From NCBI GenBank assembly GCA_964016885.1, contig OZ024743.1, forward strand, positions 150,722,001 to 150,786,000: a stretch of DNA of 64,000 nt. Reading direction: 5' to 3'. A program made the position numbers and the translations under genes. This document shows positions 1 through 12,806 of this stretch, piece after piece (the stretch's first letter is position 1; every line of letters begins with the position of its first letter). Under the pieces are notes generated by a model, which saw nothing but the letters and a program-made list of their open reading frames with translations, searched no databases and was not told where the DNA came from. The stretch is from Eledone cirrhosa. Taxonomy: Eukaryota.

Positions 1-26
1 ACCTAACAAACTGCATAATAGATAGT

Positions 27-1690
27 ATGGATGTTGTGTCCCTGAATCCATCTATTGACGTGGATTTTGCTGTGGAGAAATGCGTAGAAATTATCAGTGA
101 GAGCAATGTTGAGTTCCGTGGGATTGATACCAGTGAGCTGGGACTCCTACTTAAACTTACCTATAGTAATAATTACCTAGACACATATGACCTTAGCAAC
201 CTGTGCCCTACAAGACCAGCAAGAGGCAGACCACCTACCATTACCTCAATGGCCAAGAAAACCCACACAGCTAGATGGAACGGGTGGACCAGAGCCATAC
301 GGACACCCGAAAACCACGATGAACTGAAGAAAATGATTGCACATGCGGCCAGCATAAAACTAACCCTTAAGGAACATATGTTCAAATTTAATGGAAAAAC
401 ATATGCCCAAGAGGAAGGAGCAGCCATTGGTTTTAGCATTGTAGGCGACATAGCTAACTTATTCATGGTATGGTGGGACAGTAGACTTAAACTAAACTTA
501 AAGAACAATTAGAAGACCCCTTAACCCTGATAATGTACTCCCGCTACGTTGATGATATAAACATCGTAGTTAAGACACCCCCACTAGAGAACAGTCAGGA
601 ACTAGAGAAAAACACAATGGAAAGCATCCAGCAAATAACTTACTCCATCCACCAGAGCATTAGAGTTACTATAGACTACCCAAGTAAACACTCCAACCAT
701 CGATTACCTGTACTAGACACAGAGCTCTGGTTAGATACCATTAATAACAAAAAACAAATCCTCCATTCCCATTATGCCAAACCCATGACTTCCAAACATC
801 TGATACACCGAAACTCGGCCGTTTCGGACCATACCAAAATCAACATACTGATTGCGGATTTGGTACGGGTGATGAGAAACGTGTCCCGCATGTGCAACCC
901 CCGAAGAACTAGAGAGACACATACAACACTTCAACCACCGTATGCAGTTCTCTGGCTACAATCAGAGATATAAAATCAGAGTGTATAGAGGAGCCAGAAC
1001 CAAATGGGAAAAAATGGTTTTTAAAAAATGGTAAATAATGACATAAATGGGACCTGCCCCTTGTATAAGAGCAAATTTTGGAATAGAATAGAAAGAACTA
1101 GGAACAAGGCTAATAGAATAAACTCATGGTATGATAGCAATAAATACCAGAGTGTAATGTTCATCGATACAACCCCTAGAGGTGAATTAGCTTACAAATT
1201 TAGAAGGGCCCTAGATAAACATAAACTCAATATTAAGATAGTAGAAAGACCAGGTACCTCCGTAAAAACACTTATTAGCAAGACATACCCTTTTCAAAGA
1301 CCCTCATGTATAGATAAGAAATGTATAACCTGTAAAATAAGCCCACATATTAACTGTAAAACTAGAAATGTAGTGTATAGCATAAGATGTACTGAAGGAC
1401 AATGTAGAGACAAAAATATTGTGTACATAGGTGAGACAGCTCGTAGTGTAGGGGAACGGATAAATGAACACTGGCGAGACCTTCAAGATAGTAAAGAATC
1501 ATCTGTACTCTACCAACATGCTAAAATAGAACACAAGGGTAAATTAGAGAACATAGAAATAAAAATAGAATCTACACACAGAAAAGACGCAATGTTTAGA
1601 CAAATCACAGAGGCAATAAACATAAAAGAATTACAACCAAAATTAAATAGAAAACATGAGTGGAACAGCAACATCACAACTTACAATTAA
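27..1690 (+). pseudogene. PLE reverse transcriptase + GIY-YIG endonuclease, broken by a stop and frameshifts (ORFs 27-512, 533-973, 1028-1690)
   Basis: FKFNGKTYAQEEGAAIG, YSRYVDD, LPVLD, HYAKP thumb region, and C-terminal CxxxxCxxC...VVYSIRC...YIGETARSVGERINEH GIY-YIG motif. Confidence 0.92.
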
Positions 1691-1892
1691 GGACAAAATG
1701 AAAACACACACACACACATAGAACAAACAACCAACCAGTAACATGTAAATAAACAAATAAATAAACGAACATAAACACACACCGACATCCGGATGTGGCG
1801 CATGCGCAGACTGAGCACACAACACACACACAGAAACAAAATGGCGTAGGACAGAACAAAGGAGAGGCACAAAAACAAAGAAAGGAATCCCC

Positions 1893-1939
1893 AGTCACTG
1901 AAGAGGTCACAGAGTGTGTATGACGAAAGAACTATGACA
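1893..1939 (+). ncRNA. Minimal type I hammerhead ribozyme in PLE family 1 pLTR
   Basis: gtca-CTGAAGAG-gtcac..tgac-GAAA-gaac-TA-tgac: core, stem II gtca/tgac, stem I gtca/tgac, very short stem III. Confidence 0.75.
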
Positions 1940-2080
1940 ATATATAAACAACTATCTGGTTGTGGAACCAACCAACCAACCAGAAATTTATAAATTTATA
2001 AATTTATTGTAATAAATTGAAGTGAAAGCAACTGGTGCGTGTGTTTCTTATTGGCAACATGACCCTCCCAAAGTATAACA

Positions 2081-2154
<74 letters not shown>

Positions 2155-2155
<1 letters not shown>

Positions 2156-3495
2156 ACGAAGGAAATGTGGTAAGGAATGGATCATAACGCACCAAAGTAC
2201 TCAATACTCAGGGTTGTAGAGTGGGTAATAGGAACAAGTATGTCCCCGACGGCAGAGCTCAAGCCGTTTCGACGTCTAATTCTAAATAAGAATTTTTAGC
2301 CCAGTAAATAAATAGCCAAACTTCTCAGGGGTAATTCCTTATATGGGAAGATAGTAATTGTCAAAAGGATTGGTTAAAGATTTGTTGTCAAGACAGATGA
2401 TTCTATCATGGCATTTGGTGGCAGGAAGGGGTAGCTGAACTTGCCGGTAGAACAAAGAGGGAGTTGGGGAAACCCAGTCAAGCGTTGAAAGTGAAATCTA
2501 TACAGCAGATTCTAAGGATAATGTATAGAAGGTCGAGAAAAGTGTACTGGGGAAGGGGAGGGGGAGTTGAAAGAATAGGTAAATCGAAAGGGAGTAAACA
2601 ACGAAACCATTATAAAAATAAGGAAATAAATATATAAAAAACAATTTCTAGTTACTACTCCCCTTCCACAATCACCAAATCTCTCATTGGTATTGCTAAG
2701 CTATAGACAATTTTAATAGGTAGAGAAAAATACTTAAAACGAGATTGTAGTGAAATAATTTTATAAAGCCGGCTTTATAAAATTTCTTAGTGGTATTTTT
2801 GTATTAGTATCCTAGTATTAGTATTTCTGTATTAGTATTCTGAATTAATATTTCGTATTAGTATTTTTGTAGTAGTAATTTAGTATTTTTGTTTTTAACC
2901 TGTCATTGTAAGATAAATTGGCTGATTACTAACTAACTATAGCAGTAGTGTTAGACCCCCGTAAAGCCGACTACAATCTCGTATTTAGTATTTTTCTCCA
3001 CCTATTAAACTTGTCTATAGCTTAGCAATACCAATGAGAGATTTGGTGATTGTGGAAGGGGAGTAGTAACTAGAAATTGTTTTTTATATATTTATTTCCT
3101 TATTTTTATAATGGTTTCGTTGTTTACTCCCTTTCGATTTACCTATTCTTTCAACTCCCCCCACCCCCACCCCTTCTCCAGTACACTTTTCTCGACCTTC
3201 TATACACTATCCTTAGAATCTGCTGTATAGATTTCACTTTCAACGCTTGACTGGGTTTCCCCCACTCCCTCTTTGTTCTGCCGGAAAGTTCAGCTACCCC
3301 TACCTGCCACCAAATGCCATGATAGAATCATGTCTTTACAACAAAGCTTTGACCAATCCTTTTGACAATTACTATCTTCCCATATAAGGAATTACCCCCT
3401 GAGAAGTTCGGCTATTTATTTACGGCGCTAAAAATTCTTATTTAGTCCGTCGAAACGGCTTGAGCTCTGCCGTCGGGGTCATACTTGTTCCTATG
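2155..3495. mobile_element. Non-coding inverted-repeat element (family A, PLE pLTR-like) between two (TA)n tracts
   Basis: Arms ~2229-2751 and ~2970-3493 are reverse complements. The left arm has an extra ~75-bp tail (2155-2228). Related copies at 50594, 54690 and 56075. Confidence 0.85.
3394..3479 (+). ncRNA. Hammerhead-like ribozyme with full stem III and non-canonical CUGAGAA core (mirror copy 2244-2332, minus strand)
   Basis: acccc-CTGAGAAG-ttcggcta...tagtccgtc-GAAA-cggc-ttgagctct-gccg-TC-ggggt; stem I acccc/ggggt; GUC cleavage triplet. Confidence 0.6.
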
Positions 3496-3497
3496 TA

Positions 3498-3544
<47 letters not shown>

Positions 3545-3551
3545 TTATATA

Positions 3552-4283
3552 TACACAAATATAAATTCAGCGAGAATCGTATTTCTGCGGGTAGAGATAA
3601 GCGAAACGCAATTTCCGATTTGTGTTTGCAAGCACTCCATGGACCAAAAGAAACCACAGCAATAAACATATGTTATAAAGGCCATACAAACTGAGATGGC
3701 GGTTAAGAAGCTATCAACCACCTAAGCCCAAAAGAAAACCAAGCAAGCTAAACGGGTCATCAAAATAAATGAATGAAATATTTACCCGGACCCCTGGAAA
3801 TGATGGTATAGTCCAGTAAAGGGTTTCTGCGACACCTAAATCAATAATACTGTCTGCTTAAAAGCATAAGCTTTTGGTATAGTGATCGAACAAGGATATC
3901 AATTTCTCAACTGGCATTTTGTTCTGCGCCAGCGTTTTGAATCTCACAGTGTTTTGAAAGCACGTGTAACTCTACAGAGGAGAAAACCCCGAATTTTAGC
4001 AAATAAATTCAGTATGTGTAAATCAATGCATAAATTGCAAAATCAGCACAAATCGAATTAAGCTCTCGACCGGGTAGTTTTTAAAATAAACTTAAGCAAT
4101 TAATCAGTCAATAGAATTATCTAAAATAAATTAACTGGTTAATTGTTAGACTCGGGAGATTAATACAAATATAAATTCAGCGAGAATCGTATTTCGGTGG
4201 GTAGAAATAAGCGAAACGCAATTTTCGATTTGTGTTGGCAAGCACTCCATGGACCAAACGAGACCAGAGCAATAAACATATAT
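3552..4283. repeat. ~730-bp element with ~120-bp terminal direct repeats, flanked by (TA)n
   Basis: 3552-3671 and 4164-4283 are highly similar (acaaatataaattcagcgagaatcgt...gcaataaacatat); no informative ORF inside. Confidence 0.7.
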
Positions 4284-4299
4284 TTATATATATATATAT

Positions 4300-5898
<1,599 letters not shown>

Positions 5899-5900
<2 letters not shown>

Positions 5901-6310
5901 TAATAAGAGGAATTTCAACTTTGTCTGATTTACTCGTTTTATTTACAATCCTTTAAAATTTATAATGGTATTATAATGAAATAGTATGATAGAATATTAA
6001 ATGTTAAGTGTTAATTGAACAAGTACTTTCATGCTTTCGCAATCTTCAGGTTCATAATGTGTGGTGACAGTCAAGTTTGCAGTTGAAAATTGCAAACTTG
6101 ACTGTCACCACACATTAGGAACCTGAAGATTGCGAAAGCATGAAAGTACTTATTCAATTAACACTTAACATTTAATATTCTATCATACTATTTCATTATA
6201 ATACCATTATAAATTTTAAAGCATTGTAAATAAAACGAGTAAATCAGACAAAGTTGGAATTCCTCTTATTAATATAATCTTCTATACACAATCATACACA
6301 CCCGTGTATA
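5899..6310. mobile_element. Near-perfect ~375-bp palindrome plus ~35-bp tail (pLTR-only PLE-like insertion)
   Basis: Arms 5899-6081 and 6091-6273 around spacer gttgaaaat; TA-rich flanks. Confidence 0.85.
6119..6155 (+). ncRNA. Minimal hammerhead ribozyme (mirror copy 6017-6053, minus strand)
   Basis: gaac-CTGAAGA-t-tgc-gaaa-gca-t-GAAA-gtac-TT-(g/a)ttc; palindromic stem III aagtactt. Confidence 0.8.
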
Positions 6311-6340
6311 TTTATCTATATATATATATATCTATATATA

Positions 6341-7412
6341 TATATGAAAAGGTTTGTCCTCATCAGTGGCCATCCAACCGTCGTAGGCATTTCGTCGCAT
6401 TAAAGGCCATATACCTCAGGTTGGTGCGAGCAACGGCTAAAAAAAAGTCGTTGGGACACGTAAATAAAGGGGACGCTAGGGTAAACAAACAAAATGGTTT
6501 AAGCAGCAGAAAGTGATGAAGAAGGAAACAAGTCCCAGATTTCTATGAATATAAATTCGGTGGAATCGTGAACGAGAGAATAAAGACCATGGGACTTGTT
6601 TCCTTCTTCATCACTTTCTGCTGCTTAAACCATTTTGTTTGTTTACCCTAGCGTCCCCTTTATTTACGTGTCCCAACGACTTTTTTTTTTAGCCGTTGCT
6701 CGCACCAACCTGAGGTATATGGCCTTTAATGCGACGAAATGCCTACGACGGTTGGATGGCCACTGATGAGGACAAACCTTTTCATATGTAACCCATTTGC
6801 AGCGCCGCAGCTCCATTATTATCATATTTACACATATATTTTTTCCTCCGCTGCCACCAGTCTGTTTCGTTCTTTGTGTCTTTACCCTTTCTAGCAGTCT
6901 CTCTCTCTGTTAGCCTCTTCCTCACCTTTCACTCACTCACTCACTCTCTGTCACAACCTCTCCTCCTCCCTTTTCTTCCCGTATGACCTGTCCGTAATCC
7001 TTTTCTCGCGGGCACTTGGCCAAGCCGGTATGAATTTTTTTCTCTGTCTCTCGTCTGCGACTTCACAGAACTTATGTTTACCGAATTCGCAGACCAGACT
7101 CCTTCTTCCTCCCGTTAGACCTGTGCGAAATTCCTTCCTTGCTCACATTTCAACCAGGTTTGATGGTCTTTATTCTCTCGTTCACGATTCCACCGAATTT
7201 ATATTCATAGAAATCTGGGACTTGTTTCCTTCTTCATCACTTTCTGCTGCTTAAACCATTTTGTTTGTTTACCCTAGCGTCCCCTTTATTTAAGTGTCCC
7301 AACGACTTTTTTTTTTAGCCGTTGCTCGCACCAACCTGAGGTATATGGCCTTTAATGTGACGAAATGCCTACGACGGTTGGATGGCCACTGATGAGGACA
7401 AACCTTTTCATA
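6341..7412 (+). mobile_element. Non-coding PLE-like element: inverted terminal repeat + partial direct repeat + internal segment + terminal repeat
   Basis: 6341-6590 = reverse complement of 7163-7412; 6591-6787 = direct copy of 7217-7412 (period ~625 bp); TA-rich flanks on both sides. Confidence 0.85.
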
Positions 7413-7430
7413 TATATATATATATATATA

Positions 7431-8185
7431 GTAATAATAATAAATTTGAAGACTAAAATCCAAAGAGGGCTCGATAAGGATAAATATATATCAAATATAT
7501 AATAACCGTAGAGCAAATATTTATTAAAATAACAGATTAAAGTTTAAGCAAAGAATCACTGCTTTCACCCTTATCGGGATCTTCTGAAACTAAAAAAATC
7601 TATCTGTGAACGCAGAAGTAAATATTTCGAAAAACGTTGCAACCGAAGGAAGACAGTAAGACGATACTTTGATTCGTGGAAACGTTCCCTGGCAAAGAAC
7701 GAAAAAAAACGAAGATAATACATCATTATTTGGAGCGTTGTATTGGCAGTATCGGTAGAGGGTCAGACGCCATGCTTCGCAGCAAAGAGTTACGGCCCTT
7801 TATGGTCTGAGTTCAAATCCCGCCGAGGTTAACTTTGCCTTTCATCCCTACGGGGTCGATAAAATAAAGTACCAGTAATACACTGGGATAATTGCTGGCC
7901 TTGTGCCAAAAGTAGAAACAATTATTTGGAGCGTTGAAAACAATTACACGCAAAGACAAAACCACGTTTATGGTATAAATAAAGTCGTAGACTAATATTC
8001 TATTTAGGTGGTTCATGGAGACGCTCTCTGGCAATGAATGGAAAAAACGAAGATAATACGTCATTATGTGGAGCAGGGAGAACAATTACACGCAAAGACA
8101 AAACCACGTTTATGGTATAAATGAAGTCGTAGACTAATATTATATTAGGTGGTACAAAACTTTAATCTGTTATTTTAATAAATAT
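7431..8185 (-). mobile_element. Non-coding (TA)n-inserted element family C, interrupted by a SINE
   Basis: Homologous to 47412-47940 and 54110-54196; a short opposite-orientation piece at 8158-8185. Confidence 0.75.
7741..7924 (+). mobile_element. tRNA-derived SINE family A with 16-bp TSD
   Basis: Box A-like tggcagtatcgg, box B gagttcaaatcc, Deu/Nin-like ctttcatcc..ggggtcgataaaataaagtaccag; TSD attatttggagcgttg at 7725-7740 and 7921-7936. Confidence 0.9.
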
Positions 8186-8399
8186 ATATATATAAGTATG
8201 TACACGTACATACATATATGTATACAGACGTACAGTAGTATGTATATATATATACATACATGCACACATATATATATGTACGTATGGATTCACCGAACAT
8301 TTATTATAATGGTCGGTGTGTTTGTAAACAAACATCCCGAATTAAGCCGTACAGTGTCTAGCAACCATCGTTGCTCATTTGTTCAACACTGACACAGGA

Positions 8400-8442
8400 A
8401 CGCTGTACTAGTTTCAAGCTTATTAGCTATCGTCAGCAACGT
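8400..8442 (-). ncRNA. Type I hammerhead ribozyme (family B)
   Basis: Reverse complement of the 8962-9004 motif. Confidence 0.85.
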
Positions 8443-8961
8443 ATACCTTCCTGCCAGATGGTTGAACGTCTGAAAGTATATACTTTCCTTATGCATATTA
8501 ACAGCTGAGCAGCCCAATTTGTATATCGAGTGAGTTAATCGGCCGGGGAACCGAAAACGATAAACGGAAGAAATGAAACGAAATTTCATTTCTCACTCTT
8601 AGTACGGCTGTTACTTAAATATAAGTATGTACAAGTACATACATATATGTATAGAGACGTACAGTAGTATGTATATATATATACATACATGCACACATAT
8701 ATATATGTACGTATGGATTCACCGAACATTTATTATAATGCTCGGTGTGTTTGTAAACAAACATCCCGAATTAAGCCGTACAGTGTCTAGCAACCATCGT
8801 TGCTCATTTGTTCAACACTGACAAAGGAACGCTGTACCGTTTATCGTTTTCGGTACCCCGGTCAATTAACTCACTCGATAGGCAAATTGGGCTGCTCAGC
8901 CGTTAATATGCATAAGGAAAGTATATACTTTCAGACGTTCAACCATCTGGCAGGAAGGTAT

Positions 8962-9004
8962 ACGTTGCTGACGATAGCTAATAAGCTTGAAACTAGTACA
9001 GCGT
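8962..9004 (+). ncRNA. Type I hammerhead ribozyme (family B)
   Basis: acgttg-CTGACGA-t-agct-aata-agct-t-GAAA-ctag-TA-cagcgt: 6-bp stem I, 4-bp stem II, palindromic stem III actagt, GUA triplet. Confidence 0.88.
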
Positions 9005-9271
9005 TGCTTTGTCAGTGTTGAACAAATGAGCAACGATGGTTGCTAGACACTGTACGGCTTAATTCGGGATGTTTGTTTACAAACACACCGAGCATTATAA
9101 TAAATGTTCGGTGAATCCATACGTACATATATATATGTGTGTGCATGTATGTATATATATATATACATACTACTGTACGTCTCTATACATATATGTATGT
9201 ACGTGTACATACTTATATTTAAGTAACAGCCGTACTAAGAGTGAGAAATGAAATTTCGTTTCATTTCTTCC

Positions 9272-9305
<34 letters not shown>

Positions 9306-9407
9306 GGAAGAAATGAAACGAAATTTCATTTCTCACTCTTAGTACGGCTGTTACTTAAATATAAGTATGTACACGTACATACATATATGTATGTATATAT
9401 ATATGTA

Positions 9408-9454
<47 letters not shown>

Positions 9455-9464
<10 letters not shown>

Positions 9465-10255
9465 CAAACAGGACGCCGTACGGCAGACCATTTTGCTGAG
9501 CATTTGAGGGACATACGACTCAGTGTGGATACTCCTATTGCCTCACATTTCCAATGTCTTGGTCATTCTTCACAACATGTCTCAGTCCTGGGTGTCCTTT
9601 TACATCAGGGATCACAGGCGTCATGGAACGCCTTGGACTCAACTCACCTTCCCAATTTCTTTAATACCCTGTCCACAAAATATATTCTCTTACAACTAAT
9701 ACAGACCAACAAAATATGCACACTCCACTTTTCCCTCCACAGCTCTGTATACACACATACACACCGTTATATTAACATACTTTTGCTCATAGCTTCATAC
9801 TTACAAGCACGCACACATTTTTTTACTTACATATTCTACTTAGCTTCTACACACACATTCTTCTTAGCTTCGTACGGACGCATAATAACACACACACACA
9901 AAGATACACATGCATAAGCATGTGCACATGTATAGCTCATTTTACAACACTTTCTTTTTTCCATTTCTGGTAGACGCACTCCATCATCCACTTTTCTAAA
10001 AAAATAAATCAAGCACAAAACGCAAGCATCAACAGTTTTCCAAGAGATGTCAACATGAATGGACCTGTTATTTTTATCTCAAGACATTTCTTTCCAATTC
10101 CACCCGCCTGTCCCTTCGATCTATCTTATTTCTTCTGATGAAGGATTAGCGTCCGAAACGTTAAAACCCTCTACCTGCTATTTCAAGCATTAACCTAATA
10201 TATTCCTTCCATATACTGTACCGATTGTATTGTTATTTTTCTTTACATTTTACAT
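9455..10255 (+). mobile_element. 5'-truncated PLE family 3 (Neptune-like): half GIY-YIG + 3' UTR/pLTR
   Basis: [21 protein letters not shown]; homologous to 56305-57100 on the minus strand; ends in (TA)n. Confidence 0.85.
10131..10166 (+). ncRNA. Minimal hammerhead ribozyme (PLE family 3)
   Basis: tctt-CTGATGAA-ggat-tagc-gtcc-GAAA-cgt-TA. Confidence 0.8.
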
Positions 10256-10289
10256 ATATATATATATATATATATATTATTTACATGCA

Positions 10290-10480
10290 GGCGGTGGGTT
10301 GGCAGTATCGGTAGAGGATCGGACGCCATGCTTTGACTCATAGAGTTACGGCCCTTACCATTCTGAGTTCAAATCCCGCCAAGGTTAACTTTGCCTTTCA
10401 TCCTTACGGGGTCGATAAAATAAAGTACCAGTAATGCACTGGGTATTTGCTGGCCTTGTGCCAAAAAGTAGAAACAATTA
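10290..10480 (+). mobile_element. SINE family A, full length, 16-bp TSD
   Basis: TSD attatttacatgcagg at 10276-10291 and 10477-10492; Pol III boxes A and B. Confidence 0.9.
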
Positions 10481-10522
10481 TTTACATGCAGGAACACATA
10501 CTTTTATATATATATGTATGTG

Positions 10523-10555
<33 letters not shown>

Positions 10556-11039
10556 ATATATATTTCTATACACATATAGATATGTATATATGTTTTGTAT
10601 CATACATCTCACACACACATACATATGTTCTAGACTATATCTAGGAAACTTTTAAATATTTGATAGATTATCTTCAAAATACAACATACTCCAGTGAATA
10701 ATCTTTTTTGTGTGCTGACTATCTTTTTCAATTCTTTTACTACTTTTCCTGCTGCTACTAAGGTAGCCACCAGTATCAGTTTTAATATCATCACAATAAC
10801 AAAACCACACTTAATGTATTTATTTCTCCTCTGTCTTATTTTCAAGAAACCAAACTATATTTTTAAAAAGCTTCATTATAATTCATATTTTACCCGGCCT
10901 CCCATCTACAACAATTCATAGTATTAATCCTTAAAATAATCTTTATTCCTGTGTCCTCATCAAATTGTGGAAATCTTAAAAAGCCCATCGGCAAAATAAA
11001 GTAATATTTCCGCATGATAAGCAAAATGCACACGCACAC

Positions 11040-11272
11040 ATATGTTTTTATATATATATATTTATACATCCAAATATATATATATATATATAAAAATACA
11101 TATAATATATACGTATAAGCGCACACTCACATACATGCATATACAATCACACACACACATATATATACAATCACACACACACACACACACATATATATAC
11201 AATGACACACACACATATATATATATATACATACATATATATACATATATATATACATACATAAATATATAT

Positions 11273-11329
<57 letters not shown>

Positions 11330-11352
11330 CATATATATATACATATATATAC

Positions 11353-11387
<35 letters not shown>

Positions 11388-11395
11388 CATACATA

Positions 11396-11433
<38 letters not shown>

Positions 11434-11462
11434 CATATATATATACATACATAAATATATAT

Positions 11463-11515
<53 letters not shown>

Positions 11516-11536
11516 CATATATATATACATACATAC

Positions 11537-11571
<35 letters not shown>

Positions 11572-11604
11572 CATACATACATACATACATAAATATATAT
11601 ATAC

Positions 11605-11645
<41 letters not shown>
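11040..11645. repeat. Compound (TA)n/(CA)n/(TACA)n microsatellite
   Basis: Directly visible. Confidence 0.95.
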
Positions 11646-11648
<3 letters not shown>

Positions 11649-12043
11649 GTTAAAATACTGGAGCGTGTTGGAGTAAAACACCCTCTTCGTATTATAGAAA
11701 TGACAGTAAAAGGTATAGCTCAATGTAATTAAACAGAGCCGAAAAATTATGAAAGTAAAACAAAGAAGCCTTCAATACATCAAAAGTCTTTATTAGCCAA
11801 CAATGTTTCGTCCTATTAGCCAACAATGTTTCGTTTATTAGCCAACAATGTTTCGTCCTATTTTTACCCATAATCTTGCAATACTTTAGTGTATGTGCAC
11901 TCCATATTCTTCGGAGTTTCTGGCTTGTGTTGGCCGATAATACTTCTTGTTGTTTTATTTGCCCTGATGAGTCCTTAATAGGACGAAACATTGTTGGCTA
12001 ATAAAGACTTTTGATGTATTGAAGGCTTCTTTGTTTTACTTTC

Positions 12044-12048
<5 letters not shown>
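11645..12048. mobile_element. Hammerhead-bearing inverted-repeat element between (TA)n tracts
   Basis: 11746-11817 is the reverse complement of 11977-12048, with a ~100-bp extra tail on the left arm. Confidence 0.8.
11961..11998 (+). ncRNA. Minimal hammerhead ribozyme with canonical core
   Basis: gcc-CTGATGA-gtcct-taat-aggac-GAAA-c-att-g-TT-ggc. Confidence 0.88.
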
Positions 12049-12132
<84 letters not shown>

Positions 12133-12138
<6 letters not shown>

Positions 12139-12294
12139 ATATAACTTAGAGTTTACACTCAATGGGGTCATTTACAATTATTTCAGCTCTAAGAATCGCT
12201 TCTGAGCAGTATAAATTAATAATTATAGCTGAATTCTTAGCTGAAATAATTGTAAATGACCCCATTGAGTGTAAACTCTAAGTTATATTATATT
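12133..12294. repeat. Inverted repeat (~55-bp arms) adjacent to (TA)n; the right side continues as unique sequence to ~12775
   Basis: aacttagagtttacactcaatggggtcatttacaattatttcagct and its reverse complement at 12239-12290. Confidence 0.75.
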
Positions 12295-12771
12295 ACTGCT
12301 CCCTCAGTCGAGCTGAATTTGTAATCCCATATAAACGGCTGTTATTTCTAGCACTATGTGTGGGAGGTTAGAAGACTGGAATAAGTCGTGTGCAAAACCT
12401 CGTGTATTTTCGCTACGTTAACCAGACCTTAGATATTTTTCTGAGGTGAAGTTACTTAATTTATCTGGGTACCTATTGATAAACACAGAAAATTAATTAA
12501 CTCACTACTAATTAATTATTTCACTATTATACCATCCTTTGTGAAACATGTTTAAAGTTTGAAGTTCTGACCGATCTGCGGAAAAAGTTTGTATTTTGAA
12601 ATTTAAACGTGTCTAGGTACCAAGGCCTTTTGCCCATACGGGTTTGTGAGTATTGATTTATTATTTTTTAGATCGTACAGGCAAACTATATGTATTTGAA
12701 TTAAGATATTTCATTCTAACTATTTTATTAGTCAATTGCAACTAAAACATGTAAATGTTTATCATATATTA

Positions 12772-12806
<35 letters not shown>

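Larger units (their letters stand above)
1..2081 (+). mobile_element. Penelope-like retroelement family 1 (5' end outside window), 3' pseudo-LTR ending in (TA)n
   Basis: Disrupted RT + GIY-YIG ORF, then a ~390-bp 3' region repeated at 4890-5290, 4300-4492 (inverted) and 51572-51775. Contains a hammerhead motif and abuts (TA)n. Confidence 0.92.
8192..9390. mobile_element. Tandem/inverted array of a ~430-bp non-coding hammerhead-bearing unit (retrozyme-like, family B)
   Basis: Unit 8192-8620, partial repeat 8621-8837, full opposite-orientation unit 8837-9276, fragment 9300-9390. Confidence 0.85.

Noticed and set aside
8192-9390. Possible CRISPR-like or satellite array
   Set aside because: No repeat-spacer pattern; eukaryotic context; better explained as retrozyme-like tandem units
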